Source of the DNA: a virus | IMG/VR virus record: IMGVR_UViG_3300027719_000006 | Direction: 5' to 3' (one strand) | DNA length: 61,295 bases | Shown here: one piece after another, positions 61,109-61,295 of the stretch | How positions within the stretch are numbered: position 1 is the stretch's first letter | Layout: every line of letters begins with the position of its first letter | Program-made: the position numbers and the translations under genes | The notes under the pieces: model-generated | The model's input: the letters and a program-made list of their open reading frames with translations, nothing else | Told to the model about the DNA's origin: nothing | Database searches by the model: none

Positions 61109-61295
61109 ATGAATAACTGTTTAAGTCAAGAAGTGGTAATAAATAAAAAAATAAACTATTTAACATGGATAAAATTTAAATTGTTGGTAAGTATAAAAGA
61201 CGGCGATATAAAATTCCACTTAAATAAAGCCATTGAAAACTATATCGACGATTTCGAATTAAAAAACGATATAAAAATTTTGGAAACGTCGAAAT
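61109..61295 (+). CDS. small RHH-like protein (62 aa); the ORF runs off the window end and closes at 127..129 after the circular wrap
   Basis: RBS gaggtga precedes ATG 61109. Sequence MNNCLSQEVVINKKINYLTWIKFKLLVSIKDGDIKFHLNKAIENYIDDFELKNDIKILETSK has a strand-helix-helix-like core. Confidence 0.55.
   Translation, partial: MNNCLSQEVVINKKINYLTWIKFKLLVSIKDGDIKFHLNKAIENYIDDFELKNDIKILETSK
61169..61295. repeat. 127-bp terminal direct repeat, copy 2 (identical to 1..127)
   Basis: Direct comparison of the two window ends. Confidence 0.95.

Noticed and set aside
1-61295. Alternative genetic code or stop-codon reassignment, prompted by the in-frame TAA at 15313..15315
   Set aside because: All large genes (tape measure, portal, terminase, helicases, sugar enzymes) are uninterrupted in the standard code, and TAA, TAG and TGA are all used as terminators at sensible gene ends. 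The single case is better explained as a nonsense mutation, an error or local read-through.

Overview
The window is one complete, circularly closed phage genome. Bases 1..127 are identical to 61169..61295, so the unique length is 61168 bp. The DNA is very AT-rich and gene-dense, with about 100 ORFs, almost all on the minus strand. I found no tRNA, rRNA, CRISPR array, integrase or transposase.

Layout:
- **Lysis cassette (plus strand, 61109 wrapping to 1957):** small RHH protein, two unknown ORFs, a phi-LC3-type holin and an Amidase_3 endolysin.
- **Siphovirus-type morphogenesis module (minus strand, 31153 down to 2020):** terS, terL, portal, MuF-like protein, then an insert, then scaffold, HK97-type capsid, connector genes, major tail protein, G/GT chaperone with a -1 frameshift, tape measure, and three distal tail or fibre genes.
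- **Insert in the head operon (about 14.8..26.2 kb):** a DnaG-type primase cassette plus an 11-gene sugar island. The island carries a pseudaminic/legionaminic-type nonulosonic acid pathway, two sialyltransferase-like paralogues (one fused to a methyltransferase), and a CDP-alditol synthesis plus TagF-like phosphotransferase set.
- **Early region (31.3..39.9 kb):** small genes driven by four copies of a conserved promoter-leader cassette.
- **KilA-N / Rha switch region (about 40..42 kb).**
- **Plus-strand replicon-like island (42.3..46.9 kb):** GTTACA iterons, an RHH gene and a DUF927-type SF3 helicase.
- **DNA-metabolism genes:** ParB-like plus PAPS-reductase-like (IbrB/IbrA-type) pair, SNF2 helicase, ERCC4 nuclease, RecD-like helicase, RecT.
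- **Membrane-protein operon (52.7..56.9 kb):** an FtsK/SpoIIIE-like ATPase sits beside an array of 21 direct copies and 1 inverted perfect copy of the 9-mer ACCTTGCGA.

The two most interesting signals are the phage-borne nonulosonate and alditol-phosphate glycan island inside the late operon, and the FtsK-like motor with its phased 9-mer array. All functional calls come from motif recognition by eye and need HMM or structure confirmation.
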